Positions 1-12,290 of a stretch of 64,000 nt of DNA are shown here, piece by piece. A program made the translations under genes and the position numbers. The stretch is from Eledone cirrhosa (Eukaryota): the NCBI GenBank assembly GCA_964016885.1, contig OZ024741.1, forward strand, positions 171,678,001 through 171,742,000, written 5' to 3'. The notes under the pieces are model-generated. The model saw nothing but the letters and a program-made list of their open reading frames with translations, did no database searches and was not told where the DNA came from. Numbering within the stretch: the first letter of the stretch is position 1; each line of letters opens with the position of its first letter.

Positions 1-908
1 ATAGTCGAGGTTCCTTGCCTCTGGATTGTTGTATAATTCTGAGTTGGTTATGATGACAAAGTCTTTTGCTTTAAAAATATTTGATAAAATATGGACACAG
101 CTTGGGAGAATGGTTAACAATTTTGTTTCAGGGACTTGAGGTCCTGGGTTCAGTCCCACTGAACATCATCCTGGACATGTGCCTCAAATCATTGCAGGCT
201 GTTTTATTATAATTGGGTAGACAGAAACTGTTTGGAAGTTCAATGAATGAATTGTACATTTAATTCAAAGGTCCAGCTTTGTTATACATTATGACATGCT
301 GAACCTCTCTGAAAATAATATTAAACATACAGATGTCTGTAGAATGCTCAGCCACTTACATATCAATTTAATGAGTAGGACACTGATCAAACATTAGAAC
401 AGTCAATCTTAAAACTTGGACAGGTTTGTTTACTTTATTCTATAATATAAATTATATTCATGAATCGTTATCATCATCAGTTAACATCCATTACCCATAC
501 TAGCATGGGTAGGATGGGCTGTCCCTTTGTGAGAGATAAGGTCAGAGGACTGTGTTTTGCTCACACAGAATATTTATATTAGCTGGGGAAGAGAAAAATA
601 GCCTAGAGTATTTTATAGTGTTAAGCCTTTCTTTCTTTTTAACCCTTTCATGATTATATTTCTAATGAAATATATTTTATATCAATTAATTAATTAAGAA
701 TTTTGAAGGATTTTCTAAAACTATTGATTATTTCATTACTAAGATAGTAACTTAACATATGATTTTTATACTATTGGATGGCTTTTATTTAAATAGAAAC
801 CCTTTAAAATGGATGGTTTTGTTAGAAGCAGAGGCAGTATTGGCAGTGTTGGTATCAAATTGGTTAATTATCAAAAAGGTTAATTAGAGATTCCCATGTG
901 GTATTTGT

Positions 909-1056
909 ATAGGGAACAACAGGGGAAAGTATGATGATTGAAAGAATCACCATATATGTTTTGGCTCTTCAGAAGGCCTAACATTAGGCCTTCTGAAGAG
1001 CCAAAACATATATGGTGATTCTTTCAATCATCATACTTTCCCCTGTTGTTCCCTAT
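909..1056. repeat. Perfect inverted repeat, 73-bp arms, 2-nt spacer
   Basis: 909-981 (atagggaac...aggcctaa) is the exact reverse complement of 984-1056; spacer ca. Confidence 0.95.
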
Positions 1057-1599
1057 CTATTATCTCAATATTGTATCACAAGGGCTGGCGATTCCCTTTT
1101 TTCTTTCACAAATGATTAACCATGTCTAATTTCTGTGTCTCCCAATGGATTACGACTCCCTTATACAACTGCACAGGATGGAATACACAAGGTTCTTTGT
1201 CCTGGTCTCTTCTGATGGAAGCTTTATTAAGGAAAGAAGTCTCTGAAGAGTAGACCTGCTTTAGAATACTGTCTTCATGATGTATGGCTTGCAGATCATT
1301 GATGAGAGGGAGGGGGGAAGCTGATGATGTTGGTGGTGGTGATGAAAATGATGATGAGAATGAAGAGTAAACACACTCACTAACACTCACATACACAGAC
1401 ATACAAACAAACAAACATCAAAAGTTAAACATAAACGTCAGTGACAATGGTATAGAGATGAAAACAATGACAATATTGTCAAGTGATGGCCATGGTTGGG
1501 CGTGGTTGGTGGTATGTAGTAGGGAGGAGAGAAGTGATGACGGAAAATAGATTAATAGTGATTCAGACATTAAATGCAATAAATATTAAAAGATCAATG

Positions 1600-1845
1600 A
1601 TAATGATAATGATGGTAATGCTGTGGTTATGGTGGGGGGGGGGCAGTGGTGGTGATGGTAGGAGGAGTAGTGAAAATGATAAGTGGAGTTGTTGTTGTTG
1701 TTGTCGTTGGTGGTGGTGGTGGTGAAGGTGATGGTGGTGGTAGTGGTGTTGGTGGTTGTAATAGAGTGCTGACAATGATGGTGGGGTTGTTGTTGTTGTT
1801 AATGGTTATGAAGTTTGTGGTGGTAGCAACAGTAGTAATGTAGGA
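1600..1845. repeat. Compound GGT/GTT/GAT trinucleotide low-complexity tract
   Basis: Runs of ggt, tgt, gat; source of the poly-H/Q/P/V ORFs. Confidence 0.85.
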
Positions 1846-2659
1846 GGCATTGACTGTGACTGTCACCTTGTGCATTATATCATTAGATTTACAAATCATT
1901 TCTCCGGTGTTCCAATATATTCTGTATTTTCTGCTTAGCTATGTCCTTATATCATCCTGTTTTCCTATCACATATCAATGAGATTAATATCATCAACAGT
2001 AGCCATCCACCATCGTTTATTGCAGTGCTAATGCACTTTTATGATGCCTGTATATATATATTGTTTTATAGTCGTTTTTCTAGTTATCTCTCTCACTCTT
2101 TCTTTCTCTATCTATCTATCTATATATACACATATGGTCTTTCTAGCCTAAAGTTGTAAATGCCAATCTACATATACACATATGTATGTCCTCCTCAACA
2201 ACACAGAGAGAGCCAATTTTTAACGCAGAAACAAAACTCTTTCATTGGATTTTAGACAGCATCAACAAGATAATTATGTATGTGTGAGTGTAAAGGTATA
2301 GAAGTCCTTACATGTGTGAATCTGCATATTTAGAATTATATGAGCACATATGCATGTTTCTATATCTATATGCATTTATATGCAGTTACTACATGTTAAA
2401 TGTTTGGAATATTTTACATATGTTTACACTACTATTGATTGAAATTTTCTAAATATCCATGCTCTTTCTGATTCTGACTGTCAGTTTATATGTATGTATA
2501 TATGTATGCATCAGCCTTCCATATTGGAAACGTTTAAGCATGTGGTGAGTGAAATGAACTTTGGCAATGCACCTGAAAAAGATGTTATAGTGAATAAATA
2601 GTGCAACAAAATAGTCCTAAATTAAACAATCTGTTGCATAACATATACCACCAGACATA

Positions 2660-3110
2660 GTTGAAGGATGCAGTCCCACTGAACTGGACAGATGCCATTC
2701 TCATTTCCCTCTTCAAGAAGGGACCCAAAGATGTATGACAACTACCATGGGATCTCTTTACTATCAGTTTTTTTTTTAAGTTTCTTCTTAGTCATCTGCT
2801 GATGCACCTAACATTCTGCTGGAATCTGTGAAGTTTACATCCATATTGTGGCACTGCAGATATGATTTTCATTGTACAATTACTCTATTGATCTTACGAA
2901 GGCCTCAACAGGCAGCCTCTTTGAAATATACTCTTGAAGCTGTGTTGCCATGAGAAGATTTATATATTCATTGCATGATGACATGAGTGCATGGGCTTGC
3001 ACCAATGGTGAACTTCTATAACATTTCTCAGTTGAGAGATGTGTGGACAGGGTGATATGCTTCATTGACTTTGTTTGCTATCTTCTTTGCTGTTGTTTTG
3101 TTAAAAGTAC
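2660..3110 (+). mobile_element. Decayed RTE-type LINE reverse transcriptase fragment
   Basis: Frameshifted translation DAILISLFKKGPKD..NYHGISLLSV..GTADMIF..IDLTKA resembles RTE RT motifs. Confidence 0.65.
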
Positions 3111-3899
3111 AGTGATGTTTACAAGTCTAATAGAGAGGAAGTATGCAATTAATTCCTTGTGTGCAGGCTGCCTAAAAGAGTGATACACATTTGCTGGCTT
3201 TAGGTTCACATTAAGGTTAATGAGTAGTAAAAGTAACCAACACAAAACATGGAATGGTCAGATTCGAAATCGAGTAGACAGACAACATGCATGTCTGATG
3301 GGCTTAATCCATCACCTAATTTAACACAACCACCTAGCCATTTGCTGCTATTACTGGAATCCATTCTGTTGCAATCAATCATTCAGATCAGGTTTCTCAT
3401 TTGAAGATAACTTGGCAACAACTATATATACAACTTTTCTTCCTCAAACTAAACCTTTAAAAAACAACAGTAACAACACTAGTTTCATAAGAAAACAACC
3501 ACAATTGTGTAAATAAAACTGGCTGGAGATCAAAACGCAGTCAAAAAGACATATACACCACACTTTCTTTTATAGTATGGAGATTGGATGTTTTATTGAC
3601 TGGCAAATCATAAAAATCTGTCATCTACAAAGCATTGATTATGTTAATAACAAGATTAACAAGATTAGGCATCAAGATAACACAATTGTGTTACAGTACA
3701 ATAGTTGATGACATGTTTAAGTAGATTCTAACAAATCAACTTTAAGCTGCAGGCTTCTTCTTCAAAAGTGAGGGTAGTGGGAATAATTTCTGACAAAATT
3801 TCTTGATAAATCTCACTGCCATTTGAAAAGAAAAGCAATTGTTGTCAAGAAAAATCTGAATTATCAATGAAGTGTGTAGATCATAATGTGCTACACTTC

Positions 3900-4078
3900 A
3901 ACAGACTGCACTTCACTATATTACACTATATCACACTACACTATACAATAATACAATACACAACACTATGGTATTATACACTATACAACATTACACCACA
4001 CTAAATTAAACTACATTATATTGTACTGCACTATGTAAACCATACTAAACTTAACTACACTGAACTTCAATAGATAAC
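3900..4078. repeat. Degenerate pentanucleotide (CTACA-like) repeat
   Basis: Recurring cacta/tacac/tacaa 5-mers. Confidence 0.7.
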
Positions 4079-4080
4079 AC

Positions 4081-4478
4081 CAGTGGTTTCCAAACTTATT
4101 TTATCAAAGAATCCTCATATAATTTTCCAAAATCGTGGAACCCTTAGATAGTTTTAACACAATTGTGTTATCTTGATACCTAATTTTCATAAGGCATTAA
4201 ATGGAAAAAAATTGTTTTAGAGAGAAAATTGTATCAATATATATAACAACATTGCAGTTCACTGATTTGGTATCTCATCTTTCCCTTGCAAGTTAGGAGA
4301 TGCAAAAAAGTTTTGTTCATCTTTTCATTTTTCAAGCAATTTGTAACCCCTGTGTCTGTAATAATATAATAATTTTTAAAAAATTAATTTGATTAAAAGA
4401 CCCCTCTTCTCATTAAACCCAAGAATGTTTTTTTCAAAACCTAGGGGGTTCTCAGATCTCACTTTTTGTTAAGCACTC
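4081..4478. mobile_element. Old hAT-like MITE
   Basis: Starts cagtggtttccaaac (hAT/Charlie-type TIR); degenerate right end ...ttgttaagcact. Confidence 0.4.
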
Positions 4479-4873
4479 ATCCTCATAGTTCAACTGCAGT
4501 AATAGACAGTCACAAATATCGATCTATCTATTGCTGCAGCATTTACAATCAGTTGTTTTCTCATGGTCCAGTGATGAACCTTTGTAACTGCTGGGATTTT
4601 AACCCCTAGGTCGATTTTGTCCTCAAAATACACAGAGCTGGAATAGATACAAATAGGCAACTTCTTTAATATTTTAATCCCAACAACCATTCCAAGACCG
4701 GTATTTTATTTATTGAGCCTGCAAAGTGGATCTTGGTAAGAGTTAAAATCAAAGAACTAAGAGTTGAAACAAATACCACAAAGTAAAACTTACCCTAAAA
4801 CCTCTGCCAATCCACCATCCTGGACTTACACTACACTACATGCTAGCATAGAAAATAGATGTTAAACGATAAT

Positions 4874-4973
<100 letters not shown>

Positions 4974-5799
4974 TGAGAGAGAGAGAGATAACTACATACC
5001 AGCTACCACCAATTTGTCAACAGTATACAATCACTCTTCTCACTCTGTATATACGCACGAGCACACACATGCATGTACACACATACACACACTCACTCAC
5101 TTACATACACACACACACATATTTATAACCTTAAACCAGAAAGCTGGTTCTAATGCTTGTAATAAAGTGAACTTCATTAAAGTTATCTACAGGCTAGATC
5201 ATGGTGTTAAACTTGGCAACAGATTAAGTCTATCACACAGGTAGGCTACAATGGGATTTGAACACAGGAAAAAAGTTGAACAAATACTACAAGTCTTCAC
5301 ACTAACAATTTTTCTAATCTACTGCCTTGGTATTTCATTTTATCAACTCCAAAAGGAAGGAGGAAAGCCAAAATTGATATCAGTGTGATATAAACTCAGA
5401 ATGCAAAATGTCAAAACAAATACTGTAAGGCATTTTCCCCTACACACTAATGACTTTGCCAAATCACTCTCTTTGTAAAATGGCACTCGTCTGTCATTTC
5501 CAACAATGCAGGAGTAGTATCATTCATAAGTAAGTACACATAAAAGCTTAGGGGAAAGTAAACGATGATTAACATAAGATGATGACAGTCCCAGCTAGGG
5601 TTGATTTAAGTCATATTAGGTGGTGCTTTTACTAATCAAAGTTACTTCTCTTGCACAGGTAACATTGGCTTTGATGAAAGGCAAAGCTACTACATCTAGA
5701 TCTTCAAAAGATTCCACTGGCAGTGCCAGATAAATATTTTGAAAATCAGCTGGAAATTTCTTGTTCCTGAGACATAAGTACTGGAAATGTGAAGCTACT

Positions 5800-6192
5800 T
5801 CATCATCATCATCCCCGTTTTACGTCCGTTCTTCCACGCTAGCATGGGTTAGACGGGTTGTCCTGTTGTGGGCAGTGTCCGGTCAGCTGACCTTGTCCCG
5901 CTCATACAGGAACTGATTCTGGCTTGATTTCTACAGCTGGATGCCCTTCCTAAAACCAACCTCATTTACAGTGAATGCTGGGTGCTTTTTTCCGTGGCAC
6001 CTCCACGACCACTTTGCAGTGGAATGATAGGGACCCCAGTCCTATCATCTCATTTCTACAGCTGCGTAAACTGGAGCAATGTGAAATAAAGTGTCTTGCT
6101 CAAGGAAACAACACATCATCTGGTCCAAGAATTGAACTCACAACCCTTCGATTGCAAGACCAATGCTCTAACCACTAAGCCATGTACCTTCA
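5800..6192 (-). mobile_element. tRNA-derived CORE-like SINE with RTE-derived 3' tail ending in (TGA)n
   Basis: Minus strand: A box tggcttagtggttagagc, B box gagttcaattc, CORE-like ccttgagcaagacactt, tail shared with RTE 3' UTR. Related copies near 20780-21122, 36221-36617, 59826-60174, 61791-62180. Confidence 0.85.
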
Positions 6193-6489
6193 CATATGTA
6201 TCATATTCACTGAGTTAGTCACATCATATATCTTAATAACTTCAGATTTCTAGCGAGCTAGCTTTTGGTAAATGACCCCAGCACAAAACAAAACAGAAAT
6301 TTCTTGGTATCACAAAAGTTAACAGGTTACAAATATCTCAATTTGAATAGAAATGAATAGTTTTATAAATAAGGAAGGCTGTTAGCAATTTGAAATGTTC
6401 AAAATATCCATCTGACACTGCTGGTCTTTTGAAGATCTGGATGTCATAGATTTGCCTTTACTTGAAGCCAGTGTTACTTGTCTTTATTG

Positions 6490-6525
<36 letters not shown>

Positions 6526-6690
6526 GTGAGTAAAATCGAAGTTGCAGTTGAGATTAGCATTTTTCGAAATCAATCTTCAGTGAAAATTGCGGCCGGAGAG
6601 ATGTTGCCACAAAAGCAACCGCAACAACAAAAATACAAACAGGTTAAAGATGAACCTGGACCTGATTGATAGATATTATATAAATATCTT

Positions 6691-6872
6691 TGGGCGGTGG
6701 ATTGGCAGTATCATAGAGGGTCGGACACCATGCTTTGACGCAAAGAGTTACGGCCCTTGCCATTCTGAGTTCAAATTCTGCTGAGGTTGCCTTTTATGCT
6801 TACGGGGTCGATAAAATAAGTACCAGTAATGCACAGGGATAATTGCTGGCCTAGCCAAAAGTAGAAACAATT
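6691..6872 (+). mobile_element. tRNA-derived SINE family 2 (about 190 bp, Meta-like central domain)
   Basis: ggcggtggattggcagtatc..gagttcaaat..ggggtcgataaaat..agtagaaacaatt; further copies near 9548(-), 16899, 25970, 26298, 48599(-), 50897(-), 57948, 61141(-), 62520(-). Confidence 0.85.
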
Positions 6873-7047
6873 ATATAAATATCTTTGATTGGTTTCTGGG
6901 AATCCAAATACTACACTTCAAGTTGTATCCTAAGAGGGAACGATGATATCCCTTTCTCAACAGGTATTTCATTCCGTATATATATATATACCTCAGTTTA
7001 AAAGATCCTACTTTAATGGATTTCAAATCTAATGGACTGTGGTCATG

Positions 7048-7300
7048 GTGGAGGCAGGTGCCTACTGGTAAGGGTGTTGGACTGACAATCATAATGTAAT
7101 GGGTTCGATTCCTGGACTGAGATATGTGTTGTTTTCTTGAGCAAAACATTTCATTTCCCATTGCTCCAGTACAGTCAGCTGAAAATGAGTACCAGAAATA
7201 GCAGGGAGTTTAACACTGTGATGGTGTGGCATCCTCTCCAGTGGGGAGTCATGTACTCTCATTTGCTTAATGCCACAGAAACCGGGATAAGCACCAGCTT
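7048..7300 (+). mobile_element. Older tRNA/CORE-like SINE
   Basis: B box gggttcgattcc followed by cttgagcaaaacatttcatttcccattgctccagt; inverted relative near 46920-47200. Confidence 0.7.
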
Positions 7301-8348
7301 CATGAGCTACTGAGTTTTCAACTTTTATACTGTGGTCATGAGAAAACAGACTACAACTAGATTTTCATAATGAGAAGTAAAAATTACATATTCTTTATTA
7401 TAATTTAATAATATTATATTGTGCACTAGTGTATTTTACATTAAAAACAATAAAAAATGACAGCTGGTTTACATTCAATTTATGAGATACCTGATGATTC
7501 TTTAATAAAAGCTGAAACTAGTTAGATCAATTTCGTTTTCTGACCACAGAGAGGAACTTCTGTGGCTTATCCAAACTTATCCCAGTGTCACAGAGTACAG
7601 AACTCATTTGGCAGGCTTGTTGTTGCCCCCCCCCCCCCACACACACACACACCCAGTTGCTTCTGGTACTCATATTTTTAGTGTAGTAGACTGGTTCAAC
7701 ATAAACTGCTCAAGAATACAATGTCTCTTTGGTACAAGGAAACAAATGCATGATAACAAACCCAACACTTTAACCAACAGGCTATGTGCTTTCACCTATA
7801 TCTAAATAAGTTAGCTGTAATTTATGATACCTCAATGAAAAATGCTATTATATTAAATAAATAAATAAGTCAAACTGTTGTATTGAAATAATTATAATTG
7901 AATTTAATTAAGAGCTCCAGCAATTGAGTTTATGTCAGTTACTTCTGTGTTTATATTTTTCGAAAACATAATACCTAGTAGATTCATATCTAAGAATAAT
8001 GGATCTGGGAAAATAAATATCTGATGCAAATATACAAATATACATTGGCTGATTTAGCTTATTGAAAATTTCTCTATAGAGATATTGTATTATGTTCTGG
8101 CATTGCTGAAGGCTAACTGCAATTCTTCTTTTATATATTTTCATATTTCTGGAAATAATAATCAGCATAATTGGTTGTATATCTGAAGTGATAAATAAGA
8201 TATTTTGAATGATCAGTTGAAATATATTCTCAAAAGAAGCACCAAGCATAATGCATCGGTAGTAAATTTTAGAAGTTTATTAGATTAGGGAATTTTAAGA
8301 TCGTAAACGAAGATCGATTTCGGTTTGACAGGAAGAGAGAAGAAACTG

Positions 8349-8388
<40 letters not shown>

Positions 8389-8396
8389 AGGTGGTG

Positions 8397-8432
<36 letters not shown>

Positions 8433-9187
8433 GGAAGAGGAGGAGAAAAATGATGGTGATAATGATCTTATACATAAGGTATATTTTATGAGCATAAGTA
8501 CAATGTTTGGGATATTTTAGAGGCTTCATATTTGTATATAACTAGCATAACTCAATTCTGTTCAATTCAATTCATTGATACATCATACAAATAGATTAGA
8601 GTCCTAGTGACAGGGGACGATGATGAAAAGATATCCTTATTATATTGGAGCTATGTAAATATACATATATATATATATATATGATACTGTCAGCACATTC
8701 TCTCACTAAATATAACACCCTCTCTTAGAAAATCATACTATACGCTGTCTCTTATACCAACCATCTCTCTGAAGGAATAACACAGAAAGTGTAAGAGAAA
8801 GAATGAAAGAGGAGAGAGAGAGAGAGAGAGAGTTGTTGTTTTCTAATGCTAAAGGCTATACATCAATATAATTTAGCTAACCTCCATGTTCAACAAAGGA
8901 GCTTCTTAATAGGCATTTGAACTGCTAGAAATAACTACCAAATCTCAAATATTACTGTCTTAAATAAAAGATGTATTGAACAATGTAGAACCTCATGTAC
9001 AAAAAGATGGGATGGTCATGATTGGAATACCTTTCATCATAGGTCTATTTGATCAGAGCTGATCTGGAGCTAAATAACAATAATCAAATATATTAAGTAA
9101 TTAATATGAAACATTGTGAGATATGTAAAAATTGATGAGAACTTCAGAAAGCTGGTACAATGAGGAAGATAAAGGTCAAAGGACAAC

Positions 9188-9528
9188 AAATAAAACAAAA
9201 CAAAGTAGTGGTTTTTTACCCACTATATTTTTCAACATGATATTTCAGGGATATACACTCTTATCAAATGCAAAACAAATATGATGCATTCTTCCTTCAT
9301 TGGTCTGAGTGTGTTGATTACGCATGTGGAACAGTCATAGAAGCTACACTGCACCATGTAGTTCTGTTCTATTGGTTATTTGTAGCTTCTATGACTGCTC
9401 CCCGTATGCACACTCCACACACTCAGACCAGTTAAGGAAGAACGCATCATTTTTGTTTTGCATTTGAAAAAAGGGTCTTAACCTTGAAATATACTGGGTA
9501 AAAAAACATTACTTTTTTTGTTTTATTT
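9188..9528. mobile_element. Diverged foldback element/MITE
   Basis: Arms such as caaatgcaaaacaaa..atgatgc..ttcttcctt..tggtctgagtgtg and cagtcatagaagctaca recur as reverse complements on the right side. Confidence 0.75.
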
Positions 9529-9775
9529 GGACATACATTTCAGAATAATAATTGTTTCTACTTTTGGCACAAGGCCAGCAATTGCCCAGTGCATTTCTGG
9601 TACTTTATTTTATTGACCCCATAAGGATGAAAAGCTAAGTTAACCTCAGCAGGATTTGAACTCAGAATGGCAAGGGCCATAACTCTGTGTATCAAAGCAT
9701 GGCGTCCGACCCTCTACCGATACTGCCAATCCACAATAATAAAAGCGAAAGTGTATATATCCCTATAAAATACAT

Positions 9776-10505
9776 TGTAGTGCTCTCTAGTGTCCGAATT
9801 CTTTTGTTGTTTGTCGGAGAAAATTTGTGTCCTAGAATGCTGGAGAAATTTTTGTGTCCGAATTCCACGTTAGGTGGAAGAAAGTGTGTCCCAACGAAAA
9901 GTTCAACACGTGTTCGGTGTCTGTGTATGTCTGCATGTTCCTTATTTTGTTCTTTCGGGTTGCAAATTGTTGATGAGTTTTACTGCAGCGAAAGAAGAGT
10001 TTATTGGTGTTTTTTCCATGTTGGTTGTTCGCATCACGTCGGCAGTCACCACTTTTAGTGAGCTGGTCCCAGGGTTACTTACTCCAGTAAGTACCACCGG
10101 ATCCCAACTACTAAATTTAATAAAAATAAGAGATAGAAGAATTTTCATACAATTTCATTTCGCATGAGAATTATCTCTCACTACATTTGAAGTAATGACT
10201 GAAGCATAATAAGTTTCTCAAGACGAGTATCAAAATAACTTGCATTTATTGTAGTCCATGTTACAAATGTGGTAAACAAATGACCTCATGGCATGACAAG
10301 GTATAATCCTAAACCATAAGATGTGGTTGGAAAAGGGTTAGCATGCTTGCGTTCGATGCGACCACTTCAAGGGCCGATCGGCAAAAAAGAGAGAGATGAA
10401 CTTCAGTTCACTCTTTTATAATCCTTTGAACGGAAGTTCAAAGAAGATTCTAGAATTTCAATGGGAAGTAACTCTAGCTACTTCCCTTGTCTAGAGAGCA
10501 CTACA
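9776..10505 (-). mobile_element. Non-coding Gypsy-type LTR derivative with 15-bp terminal inverted repeats and 4-bp TSD
   Basis: Ends tgtagtgctctctag / ctagagagcactaca, flanked by acat on both sides; tRNA-Trp-like PBS atcacgtcggcagtcacca at 10033-10051. Confidence 0.8.
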
Positions 10506-10548
10506 ACATGTTTCTTTGTGGTTGATTAGATGATATGCACGTCTTCAA

Positions 10549-10720
10549 TTAGATATGGGTGGAGGTGGCTAGGGCAGACCTCAGATCGTTGAAACTCACT
10601 GAGGAGATGACGAAGGACCGTGACAAATGGAGAGATGCTGTGCTGAATAGGACCTGTCCAACCCTTGCAAGCAGGGAAAAGTGGACGTAAAATGATGATG
10701 ATGATGATGATGATGATGAT
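10549..10720 (+). mobile_element. RTE LINE 3' terminal fragment
   Basis: Encodes WVEVARADLRSLKLTEEMTKDRDKWRDAV then (TGA)n tail; homologues at 28490-28725 (+) and 35605-35870 (-). Confidence 0.8.
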
Positions 10721-10784
10721 TGGTGCAGTCTTGATAACACACTTTGTATTTATACAGCTATAACTGTATATACTATATATATAT

Positions 10785-10898
10785 GGAGATTGATGTATCG
10801 ACTAGCATGGTTGTGGTTAAGTTACTACCTATTTCTAGTCTCAAGTAGAAATAAGTAGCAACTTAACCACTACCAAGCTAGTCAATACATCGATCTCC
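10785..10898. repeat. Imperfect hairpin, about 53-bp arms, next to (TA)n
   Basis: ggagattgatgtatcgactagc...tatttcta gtctcaag tagaaata...gctagtcaatacatcgatctcc. Confidence 0.85.
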
Positions 10899-11584
10899 GT
10901 CGATCAATTGGCCCTCTGAAATGATCGCAAAATAATGAACTAACTCTCTACCTACACCTGACTTCTGTTTTTATTGTTCAAACACATATGTATAAATGAC
11001 TCTGTAACTCGGACAAATTTCCATTGAGGAAACCGTAGGTGGTGATCACCTACTACAAGAACTACCTGTCACACTGCCAAATCTCGCTGCAACCATCCTT
11101 CCTAGGATACATTGAGTTCTAACAACCAGGTGGACTCCAATATATATATATATATATACACATGTAATATATTTACATACACACACATTACGAAAAAATA
11201 TTTTTCTTCCGGAGTGAGGCTCTCCATACATATATATTGTATACAAACATATTATATGTGTTTATATATACACCTTTCTCTCTTTCTATATATATTCACA
11301 TGTGTAACCTATTTTGAATAGGTATATTGTATGCCTACATATCGTAAGAAATAACTAAATTGTTTAGTGTCAGGAAGGGCATCCAGCAATAAAACATTAA
11401 TTCAGAAAGTCTCGTCTGTATATTTAATTTGACAAAAAATTAATGTTTATGAAACATATATATATATATTAAACAGTGAGACAATTATTTTATTCTATAT
11501 TTTAAGACTATTTTTACGAATATTTACTAAGATTTGCTATTATCATTTTCATCTTCATCTTTATTATTGACTTTGTAATACATT

Positions 11585-12290
11585 TGAATCCTGTAGAATT
11601 TAACTTTGCCTTTTATCCTTCTAGGGTCAATAAAATAAAGAATCAGCCAAATACTGTGGCGGACATAATCAACTTTCCCTTCATCCAGCCTTGTACCAAA
11701 ATTAGTAACCATTATTATTGAAAGGCGGTGGATTGGCAGTATTGGTAGAGGGTCGGACACCATGCTTTCCAGCATAGTTACGTCCCTTTACGATCTGAGT
11801 TCAAATCCCGCTGAGGTTGACTTTGCCTTTCATCCTTACAGGGTCGATAAAATAAAGTACCAGTAATGCACTGGGTAATTGCTGGCCTTGTGCCTAAAGT
11901 AGAAACAATTATTATTGAAAGGCGGTGAATTGGCAGTATCGGTAGAGGGTCGGACGCCATGCTTTCCAGCATAGTTACGTCCCTTACGGTCTGAGTTCAA
12001 ATCCCATCAAGGTTAACTTTGCCTTTCATCTTTACGGGGTTGATAAAATAAAGTACCAGTAATGCATAATAATTGTTGGCCTCGTGCCAAAAGTAGAAAC
12101 AATTATTATTGGTGAATGGGCAGTATCAGTAGTTTGTCAAACACCAAACTTTGCAGCATAGAGTTATGGTCCTTTAAGGTCTGAATTCAAATCTCGTTGA
12201 GGGGAACTTTGCCTTTCACCCTTAAGGGTTCAATAAAATAAAGTGCCAGTAATGCACTGTATGCCTAAATCAGAAACCATTAATATTATC
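11585..12290 (+). mobile_element. Head-to-tail tandem array of about 4 SINE family 2 copies
   Basis: Units restart near 11723, 11920 and 12110, directly after attattattg tails. Confidence 0.85.

Noticed and set aside
7935-8249. 104-aa ORF or possible terminal exon
   Set aside because: No motif or homology I can recognise; AT-rich chance ORF likely
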